Assembly: GCA_043745805.1 (NCBI GenBank)
Contig: JAYTSD010000026.1
Coordinates: 1-18,214 of the forward strand
Origin: Fibrobacteria bacterium
GTDB taxonomy: Bacteria > Fibrobacterota > Fibrobacteria > UBA11236
Length of the DNA: 18,214 nucleotides
Direction of reading: 5' to 3'
This document shows, one piece after another, positions 1-7,595 of this stretch (within the stretch, counting starts at the first letter, position 1; the number at the start of each line of letters is the position of its first letter). Under the pieces are notes generated by a model that saw only the letters and a program-made list of their open reading frames with translations, made no database searches and had not been told where the DNA came from. Both the position numbers and the translations under genes were made by a program.

Positions 1-43
1 CACCTGATCCGCGACGACAATGTTTTAAAATTTCCTCTATCAT
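1..43 (-). CDS. 5' end of an unidentified protein (MIEEILKHCRRGSG...), truncated by the left window edge
   Basis: Minus strand reads AAGGAG-AACTG-ATG (SD at 49-54, ATG at 43-41), and the frame is open to position 1. Only 14 codons are visible, so no function can be assigned. Confidence 0.6.
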   Translation of the reverse strand, partial: MIEEILKHCRRGSG

Positions 44-340
44 CAGTTCTCCTTTTTTAAGTTTGAACTGGTTCGAAAATTCACTCAAATAAGATCAAAC
101 GCATGAATTTAATTTGCTTCAGTGCGAAACACTTTTTTGAAAATCTTTAAATCCCACTATTTTTTAGTAGTAAAATCAGTACTAAGACGTTTTTAAATTA
201 AGATTTCGTAACTAAGAAAATCTGTTCGCAGATCAGAGAATGGCCATAAGCAAGCTCTAGAGATCAATATCCAGACTTTTATCAGCATATTTGACAAAAA
301 ATTGGAGCGAGGTGGAATTAAAAGAAAAAAATTAAACCAA

Positions 341-417
341 TGGTCGGGATGACACGATTCGAACATGCGACCCTCTGGTCCCAAACCAGATGCTCTACCA
401 GACTGAGCTACATCCCG
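341..417 (-). tRNA. tRNA-Pro (anticodon UGG), CCA encoded
   Basis: The reverse complement folds into a cloverleaf: CGGGATG/CATCCCG acceptor stem, GCTC/GAGC D stem, TCTGG-TT TGG GA-CCAGA anticodon arm, GCATG-TTCGAAT-CGTGT T arm, ending A-CCA; 77 nt. Confidence 0.97.
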
Positions 418-442
418 TAACATTGGATTAATTTGAGCGACA

Positions 443-471
443 AAAATAACACAAAAGAGTTAAAGTCTCAA
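443..471 (-). promoter_or_regulatory. Putative sigma70-type promoter of tRNA-Pro
   Basis: Minus strand TTGAGA (471-466), 17-nt spacer, TATTTT (448-443) preceded by TGn (extended -10), about 25 nt upstream of the mature tRNA. Confidence 0.5.
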
Positions 472-540
472 GTGAATTTATGCTGGATACGCATTTTCTA
501 AAATTGGATAATCGAGAATGTTCAAAAATCCGGAGTACTC

Positions 541-957
541 TTGAGATATTTAAGCCTTTTTCTTCTTTTCTTGTTATTTGCCTGTCAAAAAAAGCAGCCG
601 GAGTTAGCTCTAGGCCGTTATGAGGTGATTGACACCGATTATACTCGACATCAATATCGTATTGAAAGAGAGTTTCAAAGCAATGCCGATTTATTTGAAC
701 AACATATGCTGGATAATTGCATTGTGCTCGATATATTCGGTCAATGGAAAAGAAGTAGTAATGATTTAGTGCTTAAATATGCACGCCAAAGAACCCGCAA
801 TTCATGTAAGGACAGTCTTTCGGAATGGGATACTTTAAAATCCGAATTAAAAATTCCCATTCGCAAAGTGGATGAAATTTCCTTTGAAAGCTTTTTGCCA
901 GCGTCATCTGATGCCCGTGAGAAATGGCTGCGTTGGCAACTTAAGAAAGCTCCTTAA
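541..957 (+). CDS. Small hypothetical lipoprotein (138 aa)
   Basis: GGAG at 532-535 precedes a TTG start. MRY + hydrophobic stretch + lipobox LFAC (Cys15). The mature part has short beta-strand-like segments and two more Cys. No family recognised. Confidence 0.75.
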   Translation: MRYLSLFLLFLLFACQKKQPELALGRYEVIDTDYTRHQYRIEREFQSNADLFEQHMLDNCIVLDIFGQWKRSSNDLVLKYARQRTRNSCKDSLSEWDTLKSELKIPIRKVDEISFESFLPASSDAREKWLRWQLKKAP

Positions 958-2249
958 AGTCTTTTTCGAATCGCTTGGGCATGATGAATAAAACCTTCGG
1001 CATCGGCCAAGGCTGCAATCATTTTTCCATTTTTAGCCATAGCTTTAGGAGAATAACGAATAAGGCTGGTGCGTTTATAAAAATCATAAACACCTAAGGG
1101 GCTAAAAAATCGTGCCGACCCATTGGTGGGTAATACATGATTAGGACCTGCGAAATAATCGCCTACCGGCTCGGAAGAATGAGAGCCAATAAATATAGCC
1201 CCTGCATGACGAATTTTAGCGGCTAAAGCCTCGGCATTGCGCGTGCATATTTCAATATGTTCAGGAGCGATTAAATTCGCGAGCTCAATTCCTAATTCCC
1301 AATTTGGTACCACATAAATTCTTCCGAATTTTTCTAAACATTTTTGTAAAAGTTCTCGCTTGGGCGAAACCTCCACTTGTTGCATTACGCAATCGGCAAT
1401 CCACTCGGCTTGCTTTTTAGAAGTGGTAATACAAATCGCGGCTTCATAACCAGAACCATGTTCCGCTTGCGATAATAAATCGGCAGCGACCCAATCCGGA
1501 TCTACACTATCATCTGCCAAGACCAATATCTCCGAAGGGCCGGCAATCATATCAATATCTACTGTTCCAAAAACTTCTTTTTTAGCAAGGGTAGCAAATA
1601 CATTACCTGGCCCCGTAATTTTATCGACTCGTTTTACCTTTTCAGATCCATAAGCCAATAGCCCTACAGCCTGCGCACCACCTATATTGTATGCTTCCGT
1701 GATTTTTAATTCTTGTAGTGTAAATGCAATACTAGGATTTAAACCTTGCGGGGCTGGCGAAACCATCACAATTTCCGGCACACCGGCCACTTGGGCAGGC
1801 ACAGCATTCATGATCAAAGTAGACGGATAAATACCTGCTCCGCCGGGTACATAAATGCCTACCCTATCCAATGGACGAATACGCTGTCCTAAAACTTCCC
1901 CATCGGGACCAGTAAAAGACCATGACTTTTCTTTTTGTTTTTCATGAAAACGTTGCACATTCACAATCGCTTTACGAATAGCTTTTTTAACCAACGGATC
2001 CAGTTTTTTGGCTTGCTGGTTAATTTCGGTTACCGAAACTTTAAGGTTACCTTTTAATCCATCATGCAGCTTGGCATATTTTAAAGCTGCCGCATGACCA
2101 CGGGTTTTAATATCCCCTAAAATATTTTTCACTATGGCCGTAATCTCTGGCGAAGGGCTCGCATCACGATTCGCTATTAAAGCAATATCCGGATGTTTTA
2201 AAGACTTTACCGCAAGAACTGAGATAAGAGAAGGTTTTTTAGAAGGCAT
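954..2249 (-). CDS. hisD: Histidinol dehydrogenase
   Basis: Family motifs GIYVPGG, GGAQA, GPGN, DMIAGPSE, DLLSQAEH, APEH, GDYFAGPNHVLPT and AEGFIHHA; 431 aa. The ATG lies 1 nt after the cimA stop (TAG-A-ATG). Confidence 0.97.
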   Translation of the reverse strand: MPSKKPSLISVLAVKSLKHPDIALIANRDASPSPEITAIVKNILGDIKTRGHAAALKYAKLHDGLKGNLKVSVTEINQQAKKLDPLVKKAIRKAIVNVQRFHEKQKEKSWSFTGPDGEVLGQRIRPLDRVGIYVPGGAGIYPSTLIMNAVPAQVAGVPEIVMVSPAPQGLNPSIAFTLQELKITEAYNIGGAQAVGLLAYGSEKVKRVDKITGPGNVFATLAKKEVFGTVDIDMIAGPSEILVLADDSVDPDWVAADLLSQAEHGSGYEAAICITTSKKQAEWIADCVMQQVEVSPKRELLQKCLEKFGRIYVVPNWELGIELANLIAPEHIEICTRNAEALAAKIRHAGAIFIGSHSSEPVGDYFAGPNHVLPTNGSARFFSPLGVYDFYKRTSLIRYSPKAMAKNGKMIAALADAEGFIHHAQAIRKRL

Positions 2250-2250
2250 T

Positions 2251-3840
2251 CTAAAGACCTTTCCCTGGCATCATCAGGCGATAATTAATGCCATCCAACA
2301 ATGCAAACCACGATGCTTCGATAATATTGCTAGAAACACCTATGGTACCCCACGGTTCCAATTCGGGATTATTTTGATCATGAAAGCTAGTCCACACACG
2401 TACTTTAGCACCCGTGCCTTTATTATTATCGAGCACACGTACTTTATAATCAATGAGTTCAAGAGAATTTAATTCAGGGAAAAACCGCGCTAATGCTTTG
2501 CGCACAGCCGCATTCATAGCATCTACCGGACCATTGCCTTCGGCAGCAGTATGTTCAATTTCATTTCCCACTTTCAGCTTGATGGTGAATTCAGAATGCA
2601 CGTCTCCACTTTCACGTCTCTCTTCAATGGAACGAAAACCTAAGAATTCAAATTTGTCTTGGAATAAGCCTAATTTTTTACGGGCCAATAATTGAAAGCT
2701 GGCATCCGCGATTTCAAAATGATAGCCTTCATCCTCTTTGCTTTTCATTTCACCTAATATGGCTGCCACTTCCGGACTTTTTTTATCCAAAGAAGGTTGT
2801 ATCGCTTTGATTTTATCCCAAACCAAACTGCTACCGCTTTGATTAGAAACAATGAAGTCTCTGCTATTACCGACTAAGGCCGGATTTATATGTTCAAAGC
2901 TATGCGCCACTTTCATGACTCCATCTATATGCGCGCCGCCTTTATGCGCAAAAGCCGCTTCGCCTACATAAGGCTGACGTATATCATCCGATAAATTCGC
3001 TATTTCACTGATGCTCAAACTCAAGGCACGTAAACCCTGCAATTGCTCAGGAGTGATGGACGATTGATTCATTTTTAATAATAAATTTGGGATAATAACG
3101 GTAAGATTGGCATTGCCACAACGCTCGCCGTATCCATTGATAGTGCCTTGCACATGGGTGGCTCCAGCATGCACAGCCGCCATAGAATTAGCCACTGCAA
3201 CACCCGTATCATTGTGAACATGCACACCGATTTCGCAGCCCAACTCAGCTTTTATTTTGGCAACGATTTCTCCGACTTCCCAAGACAAGGCCATGCCGCC
3301 ATTGGTATCGCATAAGACTATGCAATCCGCACCGCCGTCACGCGCAGCCTTTATGGTTTGTACAGCATATTCAGGGTTGGCTTTATAACCGTCAAAAAAA
3401 TGCTCTGCATCATATATCACTTCTTGTGTATGCTTTTTCAAATATGCTACGGATTCACGTATCATATGCAAATTTTCTTCTAAAGTGGTACGTAACACTT
3501 CCGTTACATGCAAATCCCAGCTTTTTCCGAAAATAGTGATAACGGGTGTTTTGCTATCCACCAAGAATTTTAATATCTGATCATCTTCCGGATGCACTTT
3601 AGGACGACAAGTGCTACCAAAGGAAGAAATCTTGGCATGCTTCCATTCCATTTGCGCCGTGCGTTTAAAAAATTCTATGTCGAGAGGATTGGTTGGATTG
3701 GGCCAACCGCCTTCAATATAATCAACACCAAAGGTATCAAGCAAACGAGCAATGGCAAGTTTGTCTTCTAATGAAAAGTTCAAGCCTTTGGCTTGATTGC
3801 CATCGCGCAATGTGGTGTCAAATATCTTTACTTTAGACAT
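2251..3840 (-). CDS. cimA: Citramalate synthase (DRE-TIM, LeuA-like, with C-terminal regulatory domain); 529 aa from the ATG at 3840
   Basis: DTTLRDG, YIEGGWP, FGKSWDLHV, DAEHFFDGY, LCDTNGG, HVHND, NGYGERCGNANL, AFAHKGG and WGTIGVSSNIIEASW are typical of the bacterial CimA subfamily rather than LeuA. The track's TTG at 3864 lies in the terminator U-tract, so MSKVKIFD at 3840 is preferred. The Ile-rich leader fits the citramalate route to Ile. Confidence 0.9.
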   Translation of the reverse strand: MSKVKIFDTTLRDGNQAKGLNFSLEDKLAIARLLDTFGVDYIEGGWPNPTNPLDIEFFKRTAQMEWKHAKISSFGSTCRPKVHPEDDQILKFLVDSKTPVITIFGKSWDLHVTEVLRTTLEENLHMIRESVAYLKKHTQEVIYDAEHFFDGYKANPEYAVQTIKAARDGGADCIVLCDTNGGMALSWEVGEIVAKIKAELGCEIGVHVHNDTGVAVANSMAAVHAGATHVQGTINGYGERCGNANLTVIIPNLLLKMNQSSITPEQLQGLRALSLSISEIANLSDDIRQPYVGEAAFAHKGGAHIDGVMKVAHSFEHINPALVGNSRDFIVSNQSGSSLVWDKIKAIQPSLDKKSPEVAAILGEMKSKEDEGYHFEIADASFQLLARKKLGLFQDKFEFLGFRSIEERRESGDVHSEFTIKLKVGNEIEHTAAEGNGPVDAMNAAVRKALARFFPELNSLELIDYKVRVLDNNKGTGAKVRVWTSFHDQNNPELEPWGTIGVSSNIIEASWFALLDGINYRLMMPGKGL

Positions 3841-3862
3841 AATATTCTGCTTTCTGAATAGC

Positions 3863-3895
3863 AAAAAAAAACCCGCTCGATGAGGAGCGGGCTTT
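3863..3895 (-). terminator. Intrinsic terminator (attenuator 3:4 hairpin) upstream of cimA
   Basis: Minus strand AAAG-CCCGCTC-ctcatc-GAGCGGG-T9, ending 22 nt before the cimA ATG. Confidence 0.92.
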
Positions 3896-3932
3896 ACTAT
3901 TCGGTTAAAAAACCTTTAGAAAAGACCGCCCC
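3884..3932 (-). promoter_or_regulatory. Antiterminator (2:3 pairing) of the cimA attenuator
   Basis: GGGGCGGUCUUUUCUA (3932-3917) pairs with UAGUAAAGCCCGCUCC (3899-3884) at 14 of 16 positions (including one G-U) and covers the whole 5' arm of the terminator. Confidence 0.85.
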
Positions 3933-4026
3933 CAGAATTGGGGATAATAATAGCAATGCTAGGAATAATCCGTACGGTGTTTGCGAGGGAGTGATGTTCT
4001 GGCAAGGCCAATAGTACAGACTTCAT
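3916..4026 (-). CDS. Ile-rich attenuator leader peptide, 36 aa: MKSVLLALPEHHSLANTVRIIPSIAIIIPNSGGGLF
   Basis: Hand-translated from ATG 4026-4024 to TAA 3918-3916. Six Ile codons in nine (ATT ATT CCT AGC ATT GCT ATT ATT ATC) lie directly before the antiterminator strand, and the stop is about 20 nt before the terminator. Confidence 0.88.
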   Translation of the reverse strand: MKSVLLALPEHHSLANTVRIIPSIAIIIPNSGGGLF

Positions 4027-4033
4027 AGGGTTA

Positions 4034-4062
4034 ATTAAAACTTAATACTGGCTAATTGTCAA
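4034..4062 (-). promoter_or_regulatory. Putative sigma70 promoter of the leader-cimA-hisD transcript
   Basis: Perfect TTGACA (4062-4057), 17-nt spacer, TTTAAT (4039-4034; 5/6 match, lacks -11A), then 7 nt to the leader ATG. Confidence 0.55.
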
Positions 4063-4140
4063 GGCTGATAAAGGCCAAAATGAATTATAAACTCAAAAGG
4101 CTCTTTACTCCCTTACTCGTGATGAAGTAAAATGTGAACA

Positions 4141-5598
4141 ATGTCCAATATCCCCTCTGCTTCGTTTGATACTTCTCGATTTAAATTTATCCATGAACAT
4201 CAAACCGCATGGAATATTATTGGAGAAAAAAATACTCCGCGTAAAAAAACCCTTGGCGCTTATTATCACAAACGTGTTCAAAATATTTATCAACAACTCA
4301 TTCCTAAAGGGCAAAGGGTTTTAGAATTAGGTTGTGGGCAAGGTGATTTACTCGCCGCCTTAAGCCCCATTCATGCCGTAGGTATTGATTTATCCAGCGC
4401 AAGAATTGAACAAGCCAAAAACACATATCCTGAATTAACCTGGATTTTAGGGGATGAAAAAACTTTAAAAAACATAAACGGTCCCTTCGATTACATTATT
4501 CTTTCAGATTTTTTACAAGACAGTTGGGATATCCAAGAGGTTTATAGCGCCTTACAATCGCTTGCGCATGCAGGGACGCGCCTGATTGCCAATTATTATA
4601 GTCAACTTTGGGAATACCCCTTACGGCTTGGGCAGGTTATTCATCGCACTCGCCCCACACTTCCTCAAAATTGGATAACCGTAAATGACAACAAAAATTT
4701 ATTTGCTTTAGCAAATTGGCAGACTATAAGAACATGGGATGAGGTTCTCATGCCCTTTTCCATTCCCCTTTTATCCGCTTTCTGTAACTGTTTTTTAGTA
4801 AAAGTTTGGCCATTTCATCATTTGGCTCTAAGTCATTTTGTGGTCGCGAAAAGTCTTAGGCTTAGTAACATGCATCCTACCGCATCGGTTACTGTGGTAG
4901 TTCCTGCACGCAATGAGGCTGGAAATATCTCAGCTATTTTACAGCGCATGCCGAATTTCGGAAAAGATTTAGAAGTCATTTTTGTAGAAGGGCATTCCCA
5001 AGATAATACATGGCAAACTATTCTCGATGAAATCAAAAAATATCCCGCGTTCCATTGTCGCGCTTTACAACAAACCGGTAAAGGCAAAGGAGATGCGGTT
5101 CGCTTAGGATTTGGTGAAGCCAGCGGTGATATTTTAATGATACTCGATGCCGATCTTACCGTAGCACCAGAGTTACTTCCCCACTTTTATCAAACCTTAG
5201 TGGATGGCCATGCCGAATTTGTGAATGGGGTACGTTTAGTTTATCCCATGGAAAAAAAAGCGATGCGTTTCGCTAATTTTTTAGGAAATAAATTTTTTAG
5301 CTTGGCCTTTTCGGCTTTGATGAGTCAGCCTATTAAGGACACACTTTGCGGAACAAAGGTATTATGGAAAAAAGATTATTTACGTATTGCTGAAGGACGA
5401 AAATATTTTGGAAACTTTGATCCATTTGGAGACTTTGATCTTTTATTTGGGGCCGCTCATTTGCATTTAAAAATTGCCGATATGCCTGTGCGTTACGGGG
5501 AGCGTACTTATGGCAGTACCAATATTCAACGCTGGCGCCACGGGATATTATTATTACGCATGGTTTTTATTGCCGCAAAACGTTTAAAATTTGTTTAA
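4141..5598 (+). CDS. Bifunctional class I SAM-dependent methyltransferase / GT2 (DPM-synthase-like) glycosyltransferase
   Basis: N-terminal VLELGCGQG (motif I), GIDLS and FDYIILSD. C-terminal GT-A fold: VVVPARNEAGNI, VEGHSQDNT, GKGDAVRLG, MILDADL (DxD), FVNGVRL and DTLCGTK. Confidence 0.9.
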   Translation: MSNIPSASFDTSRFKFIHEHQTAWNIIGEKNTPRKKTLGAYYHKRVQNIYQQLIPKGQRVLELGCGQGDLLAALSPIHAVGIDLSSARIEQAKNTYPELTWILGDEKTLKNINGPFDYIILSDFLQDSWDIQEVYSALQSLAHAGTRLIANYYSQLWEYPLRLGQVIHRTRPTLPQNWITVNDNKNLFALANWQTIRTWDEVLMPFSIPLLSAFCNCFLVKVWPFHHLALSHFVVAKSLRLSNMHPTASVTVVVPARNEAGNISAILQRMPNFGKDLEVIFVEGHSQDNTWQTILDEIKKYPAFHCRALQQTGKGKGDAVRLGFGEASGDILMILDADLTVAPELLPHFYQTLVDGHAEFVNGVRLVYPMEKKAMRFANFLGNKFFSLAFSALMSQPIKDTLCGTKVLWKKDYLRIAEGRKYFGNFDPFGDFDLLFGAAHLHLKIADMPVRYGERTYGSTNIQRWRHGILLLRMVFIAAKRLKFV

Positions 5599-5647
5599 GG
5601 CTGTAAGCATAATTCAAATGCTAAGCAGCCCTCTTGTAGGTGAAAGA

Positions 5648-6661
5648 CTATTTTACTTCCACCAACCAATGATGTCTATCGGGGATTTCGCCATATTGAA
5701 TGGATTGGAGTTCTCGATAAAGCTTAGTTAGCGTTTCACCCGCAATACCAGGTTTTCCAAAAACAAATTTTTGCTCACCATTGATTACTGCGCCAATAGG
5801 AGTTATCACCGCAGCCGTGCCACAAGCACCTACTTCCGCAAATTGATCTAAAGCACTGAGAAGAATATTTTCTTTTACGATTTTCAATCCCATATCTTTT
5901 GCCAAAGCCTGCAAACTGCTATTAGTAATACTTTGTAAAATCGATTGCGACGAAGGGGTTTTATATTCACCCGCTGGCGTAATCCCAATAAAATTGGAGG
6001 TTCCAAATTCATCCACGTAAATATTTTCTTTAGGATCCGAAAATAAAACTATAGGATAGCCTTTTTTCTTCGCTTCCAAACCAGGTTTTAAACTTGCTGC
6101 ATAATTGCCCGCAATTTTTGCGCGGCCTGTTCCCTTAGGCGCGGCACGATCATACTCTTGCATCACCACAGCTTCTACTGGAGAAAAACCATCTTTATAA
6201 TAAGGACCCACCGGCGTAACCAGTACAATAAATGAATAGGTTTCACTAGGTTTAATACCTACCGTTGGCTCCGTCCCTATAAGTAAAGGACGTATATATA
6301 AACTCGCGCCTGTTCCATAAGGTGGAACAAATTCCAAATTAAGCTTAACCGCTGCCTGACAAGCCTTTACAAATAGTTCGGTGCTCGGAACTTCCATACA
6401 GGTGCGATCGGCGCTCTCTTGCAAACGCAAGGCGTTTTGATCCGGCCTAAAAATCACCACTTTGCCCTCTTTGGTATTAAAGGCTTTTAAGCCTTCAAAA
6501 GCAGCTTGACCATAATGCAAACAGTTTGCGGCAATATGCATGGGAATATAAGGATCTTTTTTGACCACAATTTCACCCCATTTTCCGTCGGCAAAATCTA
6601 TTTGCACAAAACCGGCTGTCGGTAAATATTGAAATCCCAGTTTTTTCCATTCAAGTTGCAT
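5648..6661 (-). CDS. ilvE: Branched-chain amino acid aminotransferase (PLP fold type IV); 337 aa from the ATG at 6661
   Basis: LHYGQAAFEGLKA, FRPDQN, LYIRP, AKIAGNYAAS (PLP lysine), ILQSIT and CGTAAVITPI. SD GAGG (6670-6667) lies 5 nt before ATG 6661, preferred over the track's GTG at 6667. Confidence 0.95.
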   Translation of the reverse strand: MQLEWKKLGFQYLPTAGFVQIDFADGKWGEIVVKKDPYIPMHIAANCLHYGQAAFEGLKAFNTKEGKVVIFRPDQNALRLQESADRTCMEVPSTELFVKACQAAVKLNLEFVPPYGTGASLYIRPLLIGTEPTVGIKPSETYSFIVLVTPVGPYYKDGFSPVEAVVMQEYDRAAPKGTGRAKIAGNYAASLKPGLEAKKKGYPIVLFSDPKENIYVDEFGTSNFIGITPAGEYKTPSSQSILQSITNSSLQALAKDMGLKIVKENILLSALDQFAEVGACGTAAVITPIGAVINGEQKFVFGKPGIAGETLTKLYRELQSIQYGEIPDRHHWLVEVK

Positions 6662-6790
6662 GTTCACCTCGTCTTTTTTTAAACATATTAAATACGTCGA
6701 TCACTTCCAAAATTGATTTTGGCGCCTACTACGGAGTCAACTCACTTCCCATCGCCTGCAATTGCAATGCATGGATTTTTACAGCTGAAA

Positions 6791-7594
6791 TTATTTAAAA
6801 TAATGCGAGAGTTTGCGTAAGTTGGAAATTTCATTCTCCCGCAAAGCCCCGCCAAATGTGGTTTTAGAGGCATTTTTAGGAAGGGCATTATCGTTTTCCA
6901 TGGCCACAGGATGCACCATGAGTTCAAATCGCAAATGGGGATTTTGTGAAATATTTTTCCAAGTTTGCAAATAAGCCTCAGGATTAAAAAACCCACTGGT
7001 CACAAAACCTATAAAACGCGCTGAGGAATCTTTAGCCAATCTTCGCGCTAATAGCTGAGAAGCTATTCCCAAAGGGAAATGACTAAGCCAAGCCGACAAA
7101 CTTTTTTCATAAGGAATACGTACCGAGGCGATGGAAAAATCTTTTTGTAATTGCTTAATAATAGGCCAGAGACCCGGTAGAATATGAATATGCTGATGCG
7201 TATCCAAATGATTGATAATATGCTTTTCCCCTAAAGCCGCTTTAACTTGTAAAATTTGTTTTATCCATTCCTCGTATACTGCCGAAGGCTTAATGGCTCC
7301 ACGAAAATATAAAGCTAAAAATTCAGGGAAATTCACTTGTTGTGCATTACGGTATTTTTTTTTCCACACCGGAGATAAACTTTCGCTTCCAAATAAAGAC
7401 AAATGAATGCCAGTTTTTATCGTGGGGTGATTCGATTTTATCTTATTCAAAAGCATTTGATGAAATTCATTTTGGAAAGCCATTATGGAAATCCCATGAA
7501 TTAAATTTTCTTCCGCACATTGCCAAATTCCCAAAGAAGAACGGGCATCCAATCCAAAATCATCCGCATTTATATAAAGATTAGCTGGTAACAT
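6791..7594 (-). CDS. YdjC/ChbG/HpnK-family carbohydrate deacetylase; 267 aa from the ATG at 7594
   Basis: INADDFG, GIHLSL, HLDTHQHIH and ELMVHP motifs. ATG 7594 lies 1 nt after the upstream stop (TAA-G-ATG), suggesting translational coupling. Confidence 0.9.
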   Translation of the reverse strand: MLPANLYINADDFGLDARSSLGIWQCAEENLIHGISIMAFQNEFHQMLLNKIKSNHPTIKTGIHLSLFGSESLSPVWKKKYRNAQQVNFPEFLALYFRGAIKPSAVYEEWIKQILQVKAALGEKHIINHLDTHQHIHILPGLWPIIKQLQKDFSIASVRIPYEKSLSAWLSHFPLGIASQLLARRLAKDSSARFIGFVTSGFFNPEAYLQTWKNISQNPHLRFELMVHPVAMENDNALPKNASKTTFGGALRENEISNLRKLSHYFK

Positions 7595-7595
7595 C

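Noticed and set aside
44-340. Possible genomic island or att site at the tRNA-Pro 3' end
   Set aside because: No duplicate of the tRNA 3' end and no integrase are visible. Only 14 codons of the next gene are in the window, so this cannot be supported.
352-368. Two G-U pairs in the tRNA T-stem (GCATG/CGTGT) suggesting a pseudo-tRNA
   Set aside because: All five positions still pair, and the other arms, the T-loop and the CCA end are intact.
193-423. 76-aa minus-strand ORF
   Set aside because: It runs straight through the tRNA-Pro gene and is a translation artefact.
2134-2695. Plus-strand ORFs 2134-2472 and 2453-2695
   Set aside because: Antisense shadows of cimA/hisD with no motifs.
2251-3840. 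Calling this gene leuA (2-isopropylmalate synthase)
   Set aside because: The motifs (YIEGGWP, GKSWDLHV, DAEHFFDGY, AHKGG) fit the CimA subfamily, and the control codons next to the RNA switch are Ile, not Leu.
3843-3860. TATTC...GAATA hairpin over the cimA ribosome-binding region
   Set aside because: Only 5 AU-rich base pairs; too weak to claim translational control.
3863-4062. T-box or metabolite riboswitch explanation for the cimA terminator
   Set aside because: No T-box consensus (AAnnnGGGTGGnACC-like) or recognisable aptamer. The Ile-rich uORF and antiterminator explain the region.
4105-5087. Minus-strand ORFs 4105-4314 and 4833-5087
   Set aside because: Antisense to the well-supported MTase-GT2 gene.
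6662-6790. A second attenuator upstream of ilvE
   Set aside because: No Ile/Leu/Val-rich uORF and no GC hairpin with a U-tract on the minus strand.
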